The position numbers were made by a program, and so were the translations under genes. Source: Candidatus Woesearchaeota archaeon (GTDB taxonomy: Archaea > Nanobdellota > Nanobdellia > SCGC-AAA011-G17 > UBA489). Taken from it: 59,735 bases of DNA. The notes beneath the pieces were generated by a model that was not told where the DNA came from, searched no databases, and worked only from the letters and a program-made list of their open reading frames with translations. The stretch covers positions 1 through 59,735 of the forward strand of contig CAYMIM010000016.1 of NCBI GenBank assembly GCA_964390715.1, in the 5' to 3' direction. Each line of letters begins with the position of its first letter. The first letter of the stretch is position 1. This document shows positions 43,598 to 51,772 of the stretch, piece by piece.

Positions 43598-44134
43598 TCA
43601 AAATACCTTGAGATATCCTTTTAAAATTACCCCATTAATAATATTGTTTTTTAATTCTTTACTTAGCTTGTTAAACTCTTCTTCAAAAAAGATGTTTATA
43701 TGCCTTTTTAAGGTATTTTCATATTTCTTAATATCCATTTTTTTCTCTTTACTTTGCACAAATAAGTCTATGTCACTTTCTTTTATGTCTTCTCCTCTTG
43801 CCGCTGAACCAAAAAGAATTATTGTTTCCGGCATACATTCTTTATCTATATGCTCCAAAAGTCCAGAATCCTTCATAAGATACATAGTGTCTATTTTCTT
43901 AAGTAGCCTAAAAAACTCATTTTCCCTATTAGCCATATAGATGGGATAGTTATGAATTCTATGTTTTGCCTTTATAATTAGATTTTTTTTGATCAATTCT
44001 GTAAGATAATTCTTTACCGATGGTGGAGCTAGATTAATCTTTTTACTTATTTCTCTAAGCTGCAACCCGGTGCTAGGAGCTGGATCATTAAAAAAAACCC
44101 TTAGAACAGACCATCTGTTATTTTTTTGTAACAT
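43598..44134 (-). CDS. Nucleotidyltransferase (MNT) with N-terminal wHTH
   Basis: It has a Pol-beta-type NTase motif LFGSAARGEDIKESDIDL and an N-terminal wHTH (LQLREISKKINLAPPSVKNYLTEL). Confidence 0.7.
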   Translation of the reverse strand: MLQKNNRWSVLRVFFNDPAPSTGLQLREISKKINLAPPSVKNYLTELIKKNLIIKAKHRIHNYPIYMANRENEFFRLLKKIDTMYLMKDSGLLEHIDKECMPETIILFGSAARGEDIKESDIDLFVQSKEKKMDIKKYENTLKRHINIFFEEEFNKLSKELKNNIINGVILKGYLKVF

Positions 44135-44253
44135 ATGTGATAATATTATAACAACTGTTATATAAATGTTTCTATTTTCTTTATACCTCGCTGATAGACA
44201 ACCTCAATATTTATAAGGAAGCTCTGTTGAGAACTGTTTTGAGGTAAAAAAGA

Positions 44254-44907
44254 GTGATCCACGCGACAACCATGAACCATAGCGGAGGCTTTTACTGCTA
44301 TAGGGTGCACGAACCTAAACTGAATGGATTATGCGCGTCGAATGGCTTTCTCTCGCTGAAATCTTTCTTGCAACAAGTCTTTCATGAACGTCCAGACAGC
44401 TATTTTCAGAAAGGACCTAGAAGCAGCATGTTAAAATTCAAATTACCCTGTGATCCTCTGCAAGTCCAAGGCCATGAAGTCTCTACGTTAGCGCGACTAG
44501 GACTGGAATTGAACAAAGAACGCTTCAAAGACGCTCACTCTCAGGTGCAGATGTATATGCTAGAACAAGATCAGCAAACTGTCGCGATGGAAGTGCCTTT
44601 ATGGATGGAGAAAGAAGAGTTGGAAAGCTACAAGAGAATTATGGAGAGCACCCAGCCCTTGACTGGTCATATTGATGTCTTGCGTGTTGAAGGAGATAAA
44701 GTGTGGATCTGGGACTACAAGCCGAACGCTCATAAAGAAAAATTCGCCGCGACACAAGTGTATTTCTACGCTTTAATGCTGAGCAGGAGAACGCAATTGT
44801 CTTTAGATCATTTTAGATGCGGATATTTTGACGCTAAAACCGCTTTTGTTTTTCAACCGACACAGCAACTGATCACGAAGAATACTGAACTGACCGCGTT
44901 TAGTTAA
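44254..44907 (+). CDS. PD-(D/E)XK nuclease-superfamily protein (Cas4/RecB-like core)
   Basis: GHIDVL...IWDYKPN supplies the D...D-x-K element, followed by QVYFYALML (QxxxY). GTG 44254 is preceded by GAGGT; an alternative ATG is at 44272. Confidence 0.5.
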   Translation: MIHATTMNHSGGFYCYRVHEPKLNGLCASNGFLSLKSFLQQVFHERPDSYFQKGPRSSMLKFKLPCDPLQVQGHEVSTLARLGLELNKERFKDAHSQVQMYMLEQDQQTVAMEVPLWMEKEELESYKRIMESTQPLTGHIDVLRVEGDKVWIWDYKPNAHKEKFAATQVYFYALMLSRRTQLSLDHFRCGYFDAKTAFVFQPTQQLITKNTELTAFS

Positions 44908-44916
44908 TTAGATAAT

Positions 44917-45735
44917 TTATTTCTTTTTAGGCTGAGCTTTTTCTTCTTCTGACAAGAATTCATTCCAACGATGTAGCGCGAGCGTATATTTTTTGTCTAT
45001 AGGTTTTTTATTCAAATCTATAATCTGAAGACCACCATAATCTCTATCACTCTTTCCACATTTTTCTGGACGCGCATATTTTCTCCATTCTTCCAATAGT
45101 CCTGGGGAGATCGCGCTGATATCATCGCGAGTACCTACGCTTTCAACTACAAACCCATTACCAAGATAGGTTTGCACATGCACCGCTTTTCCACCCTCTA
45201 TAAAGAAAATAAGATCCGCTGGACGCGATTGCTTTATGACAACATTTACATCTTTTGTCGCTTTTATGATTGGCTTTGTTTTCTCAGCATAACCTTGGGC
45301 AGTCAAACGACCATATGAAAAACCAAGTGTTTTTTCTATTTGAAATACTAAGCCTGAACAATCTACACCTGGCACTGTAGGTTGACCCGCTCTCCAGCTT
45401 CCGCTTGGTTGTTTGGAAGTAACACTATCTTTATACAATTTATTTTGCTCTTCTAGTGATTCAAAACCGTCTCCACCCCATACATAGGGTTTAGCACCAT
45501 GTTTGTTTTGCATATCTATGACTACTTCAAGTAATTTTTCAGCGAGTTTCGCTTCCGCTTTTGTCTTATAGCTGTAGGTTGCACCAAGAGCATTGACTTT
45601 CCCACCTTCTTCTTTTACTTCAGCCTTTACTGTAGGTTGTGAGGTTGGTTTTTCTATAGGCTGAGCTACTTGACCCACGATTGGTCCTGCTAGAAGCGCT
45701 GTTAAAGTTACTTTTTGAAGGATTTTTCTGAGCAT
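44917..45735 (-). CDS. Secreted NlpC/P60 (C40) peptidase
   Basis: It has a signal peptide. The motifs are YVWGGDG, GVDCSGLV (catalytic Cys) and ADLIFF...HVQTYLGNG (His). Confidence 0.75.
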   Translation of the reverse strand: MLRKILQKVTLTALLAGPIVGQVAQPIEKPTSQPTVKAEVKEEGGKVNALGATYSYKTKAEAKLAEKLLEVVIDMQNKHGAKPYVWGGDGFESLEEQNKLYKDSVTSKQPSGSWRAGQPTVPGVDCSGLVFQIEKTLGFSYGRLTAQGYAEKTKPIIKATKDVNVVIKQSRPADLIFFIEGGKAVHVQTYLGNGFVVESVGTRDDISAISPGLLEEWRKYARPEKCGKSDRDYGGLQIIDLNKKPIDKKYTLALHRWNEFLSEEEKAQPKKK

Positions 45736-45748
45736 AGTATTAGTTTTT

Positions 45749-46492
45749 TCACTTCTTCTTTATCTTTAATTTCTCTAATTCTTGAATATATTTCTGTGCA
45801 ATAGATTCTAATGTGTCTTCTAAAGAAAAAATTCGCGCTGTGCCTTCGGCGCTTGCGTGACGTACCCCGACGAATTGGCCATAGTCGCTCAGATAGTCGC
45901 CACCGAGACCGTTGAGGCCGTAGTCGCCCAGATAGAGCAAACGCGCGAGTGGTGATTCATCAGTAAGATCATCAACATGCCAAACACCAATGGTTTTTGT
46001 GTTGTATGCTTTTGCGTGTTTTGACAAGTAACGTTCTGCGCGTTCTTGTCCGCCTAAAAATGGAATAGTTTGTGGATGCTTGATTGCATCTGTGATTTTT
46101 ATTCTGCCTGAAGCAGTTCTCTTGAGATCAGCATAATCAACAACCCAGACCTTTTGCTTGTCTTCAGCATCAACGAGTCTTTGGAATTCGTCTTGAGGAA
46201 AACGACCTGCGCCGTTTACTAAGCCTTGTTCTTTCGCTGTTCTGATGTTCGCTGGATTCGCTAGCCAATTAGGAATATGCGCGTAGACAACGACCGCGCT
46301 GCCTTGCTTTGTTCTGCCTGTTGCTCTGATGCTTGGCGTTGAATACCCTGTATTCCACAGTACTAGTCCTTGTACACGAGCTTCTGCTAATTCCGGCATA
46401 TAGATGGCTGTATGTTTTTCTTGACAATTCTCGAGAGCTTGTGCTAAATCTTCGTGATAAAATGGTTTGAATCTTGGATGTGAATCTGTCAT
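45749..46492 (-). CDS. Hypothetical protein (247 aa), no recognisable family
   Basis: Clean ORF with an ATG start. Its composition is visibly less AT-rich than its neighbours, and it is co-oriented with the NlpC/P60 gene 13 nt downstream. Confidence 0.5.
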   Translation of the reverse strand: MTDSHPRFKPFYHEDLAQALENCQEKHTAIYMPELAEARVQGLVLWNTGYSTPSIRATGRTKQGSAVVVYAHIPNWLANPANIRTAKEQGLVNGAGRFPQDEFQRLVDAEDKQKVWVVDYADLKRTASGRIKITDAIKHPQTIPFLGGQERAERYLSKHAKAYNTKTIGVWHVDDLTDESPLARLLYLGDYGLNGLGGDYLSDYGQFVGVRHASAEGTARIFSLEDTLESIAQKYIQELEKLKIKKK

Positions 46493-46572
46493 TTTACTGT
46501 TACTTTATAGTAGTTAATTATTTATAAATGTATGGGTTATCTATTTAAACCCTGGTCTGGTTTTTAAGATTT

Positions 46573-47439
46573 ATGGAACCATGGATTCACTCAGGCAAGA
46601 TTTCTGCAGAAGCTAGAGAATATGGCAAAACACTGTGTATACCTGGCGCTAAAATCGTTGATATTGCTGACAAAATTGAACAGAAGATTATTGCTCTGGG
46701 AGGAAAACCAGCATTTCCTGTTGATATTTCTATCAATACTATGGCCGCACATTATTGTCCATTTGTGGATGATCCAATTACATTACAAAAAGGAGATCTT
46801 GTTAAACTAGATTTGGGAACTCATATCGATGGTCATGTGACGGATACTGCTGTGACTATTGAAGTGGGCGGCACTGATAAATACAAAAAAATGCGAGAGG
46901 CTGCGCATGCCGCGATTGAAGCCGCGATCGCTGTTGCGCAACCTGGAGTGACTGTTGGCCAAATTGGCGCTGCTATTGAACAAGCGATCGCTTCATCTGG
47001 ATATAAGCCTATCAAAAATTTATGTGGTCATGGTGTTGGCGACTATGAAGTGCATACGAAACCTACTATTCCCAATTACGATAATAAAGATCCAACGAAA
47101 CTTGTCGCTGGGCAGAGAATCGCGATTGAACCTTTCGTGACTGATGGTGAAGGGATGATCAAGGAAGGAAAGCCTTCTGGCATTTATGCATTGGTCAATC
47201 AAAAACCTGTACGACTTGATAGCGCAAGAAAGATGATTCAACATATTTTAAAAGAATGGAAGACGTTACCTTTTACTGTGCGATGGGTGAAACACATTCC
47301 TAATTATCAATTCTTATTGAACTATTTAGAGAAAGAAGGAGTCCTTATGCAATACGGTCAATTGCCTGAACGCAGTGGCGGCATGGTCACGCAAGAAGAA
47401 CATACAATTATGGTTGGCACTGGTGTGCTGACACGATGA
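46573..47439 (+). CDS. map: Methionine aminopeptidase, type 2 (archaeal)
   Basis: It has a pita-bread fold with metal ligands (D...D...H...E...E), including CGHGVG and AIEPF. Confidence 0.9.
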   Translation: MEPWIHSGKISAEAREYGKTLCIPGAKIVDIADKIEQKIIALGGKPAFPVDISINTMAAHYCPFVDDPITLQKGDLVKLDLGTHIDGHVTDTAVTIEVGGTDKYKKMREAAHAAIEAAIAVAQPGVTVGQIGAAIEQAIASSGYKPIKNLCGHGVGDYEVHTKPTIPNYDNKDPTKLVAGQRIAIEPFVTDGEGMIKEGKPSGIYALVNQKPVRLDSARKMIQHILKEWKTLPFTVRWVKHIPNYQFLLNYLEKEGVLMQYGQLPERSGGMVTQEEHTIMVGTGVLTR

Positions 47440-47960
47440 GAAGAATTATTTTCATTGGGACTATACATTGTGGCGCTACGAATGAAAAAGAGTTAGAGTC
47501 ATTATTAAACAACTATAATCCTGATCAACTTCTTGTTGAAATAACACAAGAAGACCTCGATAAAAATAGAATAAATTCTTACCCTCCAGAAATGATTTTT
47601 GCATATAAATGGGCAAAAAAGCATAAAATAAAAGTCAATGGTTTTGACTCTCCCATAGATACTTTAAAAAAAGGCCATACCGCAGAAGATGATAAAAGAA
47701 TAACTGAAGAACAACTAGCGATAGTGAAAAAATATAACTGGAAGGACTTTAATAAAGAAAGTTATTCAAAAAAATTGATGTTTTATGATACATCTATAGA
47801 CTTAAAAAAACACAAGGCAAGAAATGAAGAGATGACTAAAAATATAGAAAGTTTAATACAACCAACTGGAACTGTTGTTATCTTAACAGGCGCTGGAAAT
47901 CTTAATTACTTTGAAAAACATGTCAAAGGCGCTGAATTTCCTCTGCGTTATCCTAAATAA
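47436..47960 (+). CDS. TraB/PrgY-like small protein (tentative)
   Basis: The N terminus IIFIGTIHCG...NPDQLLVEI resembles the TraB family GT-x-H...VELC start. ATGA overlap with map. Confidence 0.35.
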   Translation: MRRIIFIGTIHCGATNEKELESLLNNYNPDQLLVEITQEDLDKNRINSYPPEMIFAYKWAKKHKIKVNGFDSPIDTLKKGHTAEDDKRITEEQLAIVKKYNWKDFNKESYSKKLMFYDTSIDLKKHKARNEEMTKNIESLIQPTGTVVILTGAGNLNYFEKHVKGAEFPLRYPK

Positions 47961-50653
47961 CTTGGCCTTTGCGCAATGACACTGGCTATTTTTGCTTTTC
48001 TCAAGTACTTCTCTTCTACGTCTTTGTATCTTTTCAGATCTTCTTCTTTGAGCGATGGAGAAACTTTACTCAATGCTTCTTCAAAGTCTGCGCTCGTGAC
48101 TTCAGTGGCTTCATTGTCTTTTCTAAGCGCATGCATGGCTGCTTCACGAGCAATACCATAGATGTCTGCACCGCTATATCCTTCTGTTCGCTCTGCTATC
48201 TTGTCTAGGTCAATATCTTTTGCCAACGGCATTTTACCAATATGCACTTTCAAAATTGCTAGACGTGATTCCTTATTAGGCATGTGTGCTTGGATGACTC
48301 TGTCGAATCTTCCTGGACGCAAAAGACTTGGATCCATGAGATCGGGACGATTTGTTGCTGCAATAACTACAACATCCGCTAATTCTTCCAGACCATCCAT
48401 TTCAACAAGCAGTGTATTGACAATACGCTCAGTCACATTTGAACCGATGTCTGTTCCTCTTCGCGGAGCGATAGAATCAATTTCGTCGAAAAAGATAATC
48501 GTCGGAGCCGCTTGTCTTGCTTTTTCAAAAATCTTGCGAACTGCTTTTTCTGATTCACCTACATATTTATTTATCACTTCAGGTCCTTTGACGGAAATAA
48601 AATTTGCTTCAGATTCATGAGCAACAGCTTTCGCCAACATAGTTTTACCCGTACCTGGAGGACCGTAGATTAAGATGCCCCGTGGCGGTTTGATGCCGAG
48701 GCGTGAAAACATCTTTGGATTTTTGAGTGGCCATTCCACAGCTTCTTTCAATTGTTGTTTCAACTCTTGTAATCCACCAATATCTTCCCAGCGCGTTGTT
48801 GGTCTTTCAATCAAGACTTCACGAAGAGCTGATGGACGAACTATCTTGAGTGCTTCCTTAAAATCTTTTGGCTTTATTTTTAACTTCTCTAAAACTTCAG
48901 GAGGAATCTTTTCACTTTCATTTTTTAAATCTGGCAGGACACGACGAATGACATTCATAGCCGCTTCCTTACATAACGCCTGAAGATCCGCGCCAACGAA
49001 TCCGTGTGTAATCTCTGCTAATCTCTCAAGTTCTTTCTTTACACTTTTGTCTCTGACACGATCATAGAAACTTGAACTAATAATTTTAAGCTCCTTAAGA
49101 TCCCTTATAATTGGCTCTAAGTCTTCAGCAATTAATTTACTCTTCTTTTTTTCCAAAAGTATTGCTCTGGCATCACTTTCTTCTATTTTCTCTTTATGTC
49201 TTTCTATTTGATATAATTCTTCTATGACTGCGTCTAATTTATCCTTTTGTGAAAATAATTTGCTATACTGCTCTAATTTTTCTAACTTCGTATTTACTCC
49301 ATGTAGTATATTTGCAAGCTTATCTAAGAAGGACTTTTCTCCAGCTTTTTTCACTTTTAATTCATTGATCTGCTGTTCTGTTTTTTCTCTTTCTACCTTA
49401 TTATCTTTGAGATGTACTTCTATTTCATACACTAACTCTTTCCCCATAATCTCCTTATCTAGAGGGACTTCTATAGGCATATTACGAGTATGAATTTTTA
49501 AAATATTGAGACGGCCTTTTTTATTTGGAACGCCTATGGATATTTCTCTGTCAAATCTTCCAGGACGACGTAACGCTGGATCAATAGAATTTGGACGATT
49601 TGTTGCACCAATAACAACCACTTTACCACGACTCTTTAATCCGTCCATAACCGTTAACAATTGCGAAACCATTCTTCTCTCAACCTCTCCATAAGTTTCG
49701 TCACGCTTTGGAGCGAGAGCATCGATCTCGTCAATGAAAATAATAGAGGGAGCATTTTTTTCCGCCTCCTCAAACAAATCACGAATACGTTTTTCTGTTT
49801 CCCCATAGAACTTTGATGTAAGCTCCGGTCCGTTTACAAGTAAAAAGTTTGCCTCAGTTTCATATGCTACTGCTTTAGCTAACAATGTTTTACCAGTTCC
49901 TGGAGGACCATAGAGCAAGACTCCTTTTGGAGGCTCCACACCTAAACGCTCGAAGATTTCCGGGTTCTTGATAGGAAGCTCGACCATTTCTCTCAATTTA
50001 TCGATCTCTTCTTTTAATCCACCAATATCTTCATAGGTGACATCAGGGACACGCTCTTCTGTTACCTGCACCGCCTTGGAAGACACTTTAACTTCTGTAT
50101 TCTCTGTAATAATAACCGCGGTCTTAGGATTTGATTCAGCGACAATAAATTTCAAACTACCAAAACCAAAATTACCCATGAATCCCTCTTCGAACACGTT
50201 GAAGATATCATCGAAGTTTGATCCTGAAAGCGTTCTGCGACGACGTCTTGCTCCACCAAGAGAAATAATATCTCCTTTGACGACCGCTCTTCCCAGTAAT
50301 CCTTGCTTGAACAACTCATTATTCGCTTGAATCATGACACCTTGCTGCGCTGGCGCGATGGTGACTGATTTCGCTTCTTTTACTTCTACTTTTCTTACCT
50401 TGACATTTTCACCAATACCTGTTTTCGCGTTACGACGAAGGATACCATCCATACGAATAATCGTTTGACCAATATCAGAAGGATAGGAACGATCGACAAT
50501 ACCTACGGTCTTCCTGCCACCTTCAATTTCAATGATATCTCCCGCGCGAACGTCAATCTGACGCATGGTCTGCGCATCTATACGGACGATACCTTTGTAG
50601 GCTTCTTCCTGTAAAGCTTCCTGCACTTTGAGTGAGATTTCTTGCTGCGCCAT
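47948..50653 (-). CDS. cdc48: CDC48/VCP-type AAA+ ATPase with large insertion in D1
   Basis: It has an N domain and two AAA modules (GPPGTGKT twice, DEID twice, SRH regions). The length is 901 aa, with a Lys/Glu coiled-coil block between NMPI and [13 protein letters not shown]. Confidence 0.9.
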   Translation of the reverse strand: MAQQEISLKVQEALQEEAYKGIVRIDAQTMRQIDVRAGDIIEIEGGRKTVGIVDRSYPSDIGQTIIRMDGILRRNAKTGIGENVKVRKVEVKEAKSVTIAPAQQGVMIQANNELFKQGLLGRAVVKGDIISLGGARRRRRTLSGSNFDDIFNVFEEGFMGNFGFGSLKFIVAESNPKTAVIITENTEVKVSSKAVQVTEERVPDVTYEDIGGLKEEIDKLREMVELPIKNPEIFERLGVEPPKGVLLYGPPGTGKTLLAKAVAYETEANFLLVNGPELTSKFYGETEKRIRDLFEEAEKNAPSIIFIDEIDALAPKRDETYGEVERRMVSQLLTVMDGLKSRGKVVVIGATNRPNSIDPALRRPGRFDREISIGVPNKKGRLNILKIHTRNMPIEVPLDKEIMGKELVYEIEVHLKDNKVEREKTEQQINELKVKKAGEKSFLDKLANILHGVNTKLEKLEQYSKLFSQKDKLDAVIEELYQIERHKEKIEESDARAILLEKKKSKLIAEDLEPIIRDLKELKIISSSFYDRVRDKSVKKELERLAEITHGFVGADLQALCKEAAMNVIRRVLPDLKNESEKIPPEVLEKLKIKPKDFKEALKIVRPSALREVLIERPTTRWEDIGGLQELKQQLKEAVEWPLKNPKMFSRLGIKPPRGILIYGPPGTGKTMLAKAVAHESEANFISVKGPEVINKYVGESEKAVRKIFEKARQAAPTIIFFDEIDSIAPRRGTDIGSNVTERIVNTLLVEMDGLEELADVVVIAATNRPDLMDPSLLRPGRFDRVIQAHMPNKESRLAILKVHIGKMPLAKDIDLDKIAERTEGYSGADIYGIAREAAMHALRKDNEATEVTSADFEEALSKVSPSLKEEDLKRYKDVEEKYLRKAKIASVIAQRPSYLG

Positions 50654-50658
50654 AGGAA

Positions 50659-51033
50659 TTACCTCGCAAAACCATCCTTCATAAATCTTTTCAATTTACC
50701 TGAGAAGAAGATGCTTATTTTTTCTGGACTGTCTAGAGACAAGCGAATCATGTCATCCATTTCACGACGCATTTCCTCTTCAAACTCAATAATTTCACGC
50801 GGGATAGAAATGGTGTATGAATTACCCACAAGACGCAATTTGACCTGAAATTGTTTGCTTCTTAATTTCTGGAAGTTCTCGTATTCCTGCATATCCAAAG
50901 GATGAGGCCATATCTTTTGGCAGCCGTTACAGCGCCAAGCGCGCATGCGAAACCCTTCCTTTTCTGTGAGAATCTTCTCTGTCTTATTGTCACATTCTTC
51001 ACAGACGATGGTCGTTTCAAAGATATCTTTCAT
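50659..51033 (-). CDS. Zinc-ribbon + AbrB/SpoVT-like small protein
   Basis: CEECDN...CNGC forms the zinc ribbon, followed by VKLRLVGNSYTISIPREI. It ends 5 nt upstream of the cdc48 ATG. Confidence 0.45.
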   Translation of the reverse strand: MKDIFETTIVCEECDNKTEKILTEKEGFRMRAWRCNGCQKIWPHPLDMQEYENFQKLRSKQFQVKLRLVGNSYTISIPREIIEFEEEMRREMDDMIRLSLDSPEKISIFFSGKLKRFMKDGFAR

Positions 51034-51118
51034 GTGTATACGGTTAAGTGTATACTATTTAAAGGTTACGATTGCATTACCTAAATCATTTTAAATTCAA
51101 ATCATCGAAAGTTTTCTT

Positions 51119-51772
51119 ATGGATTTACTGACTGATTTTATTAATAGTTTAAAGAAGGAATTGACGGTCGTCTATGGTGGTCCCGCATCTGGCAAGACTC
51201 TCCTCTGTCTGACCGCCGCCGCGCATATAGTGAAACAGGGGAAGAAAGTCATTTTCATTGATACTGAAAAAGGATTTTTTATAGAACGATTTCAACACCT
51301 GCTTCACTCCCAAGATCCAAAATATCTAGATTTAGTCATTGTTTTCAGACCAGCAAATTTCAAAGGACAGCATGAACAGATTTTGCAACTGGAAAAAATT
51401 CTTCAACAACCCAACATAGGACTGCTCATTGTAGATACTTTAGGCTATTATTACAGAAGGCTCTTGAAGAACAAAACGCTCTTGGCAAACAGAATGCTGA
51501 TTATGCAAGTGAACACGCTGCGCTCCTACGCAAAACATCTTCCAGTCATAGTCACCAATCAAATCTATATGGACATCGAGACACAGGCACAGAAAATTGT
51601 TGGAGGAGAGATTTTATTACGGTCTGGACAACGCATTATTGAACTCCAGAAAGATCCTAGAAAACTACTGCTCAAGCAACCTGAGAAAAAAGAATCACTT
51701 TTCACCATCGACGCCACTGGCTTCCACTTTTGCGTTCTTTTCTTGCTGCTTTTTTATCCACTCTTCCTTTAG
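51119..51772 (+). CDS. radB: RadB (RecA/RadA paralog)
   Basis: It has Walker A GGPASGKT and Walker B LLIVDT, and is about 217 aa. The hydrophobic last 25 codons overlap the topA 3' end on the opposite strand. Confidence 0.7.
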   Translation: MDLLTDFINSLKKELTVVYGGPASGKTLLCLTAAAHIVKQGKKVIFIDTEKGFFIERFQHLLHSQDPKYLDLVIVFRPANFKGQHEQILQLEKILQQPNIGLLIVDTLGYYYRRLLKNKTLLANRMLIMQVNTLRSYAKHLPVIVTNQIYMDIETQAQKIVGGEILLRSGQRIIELQKDPRKLLLKQPEKKESLFTIDATGFHFCVLFLLLFYPLFL

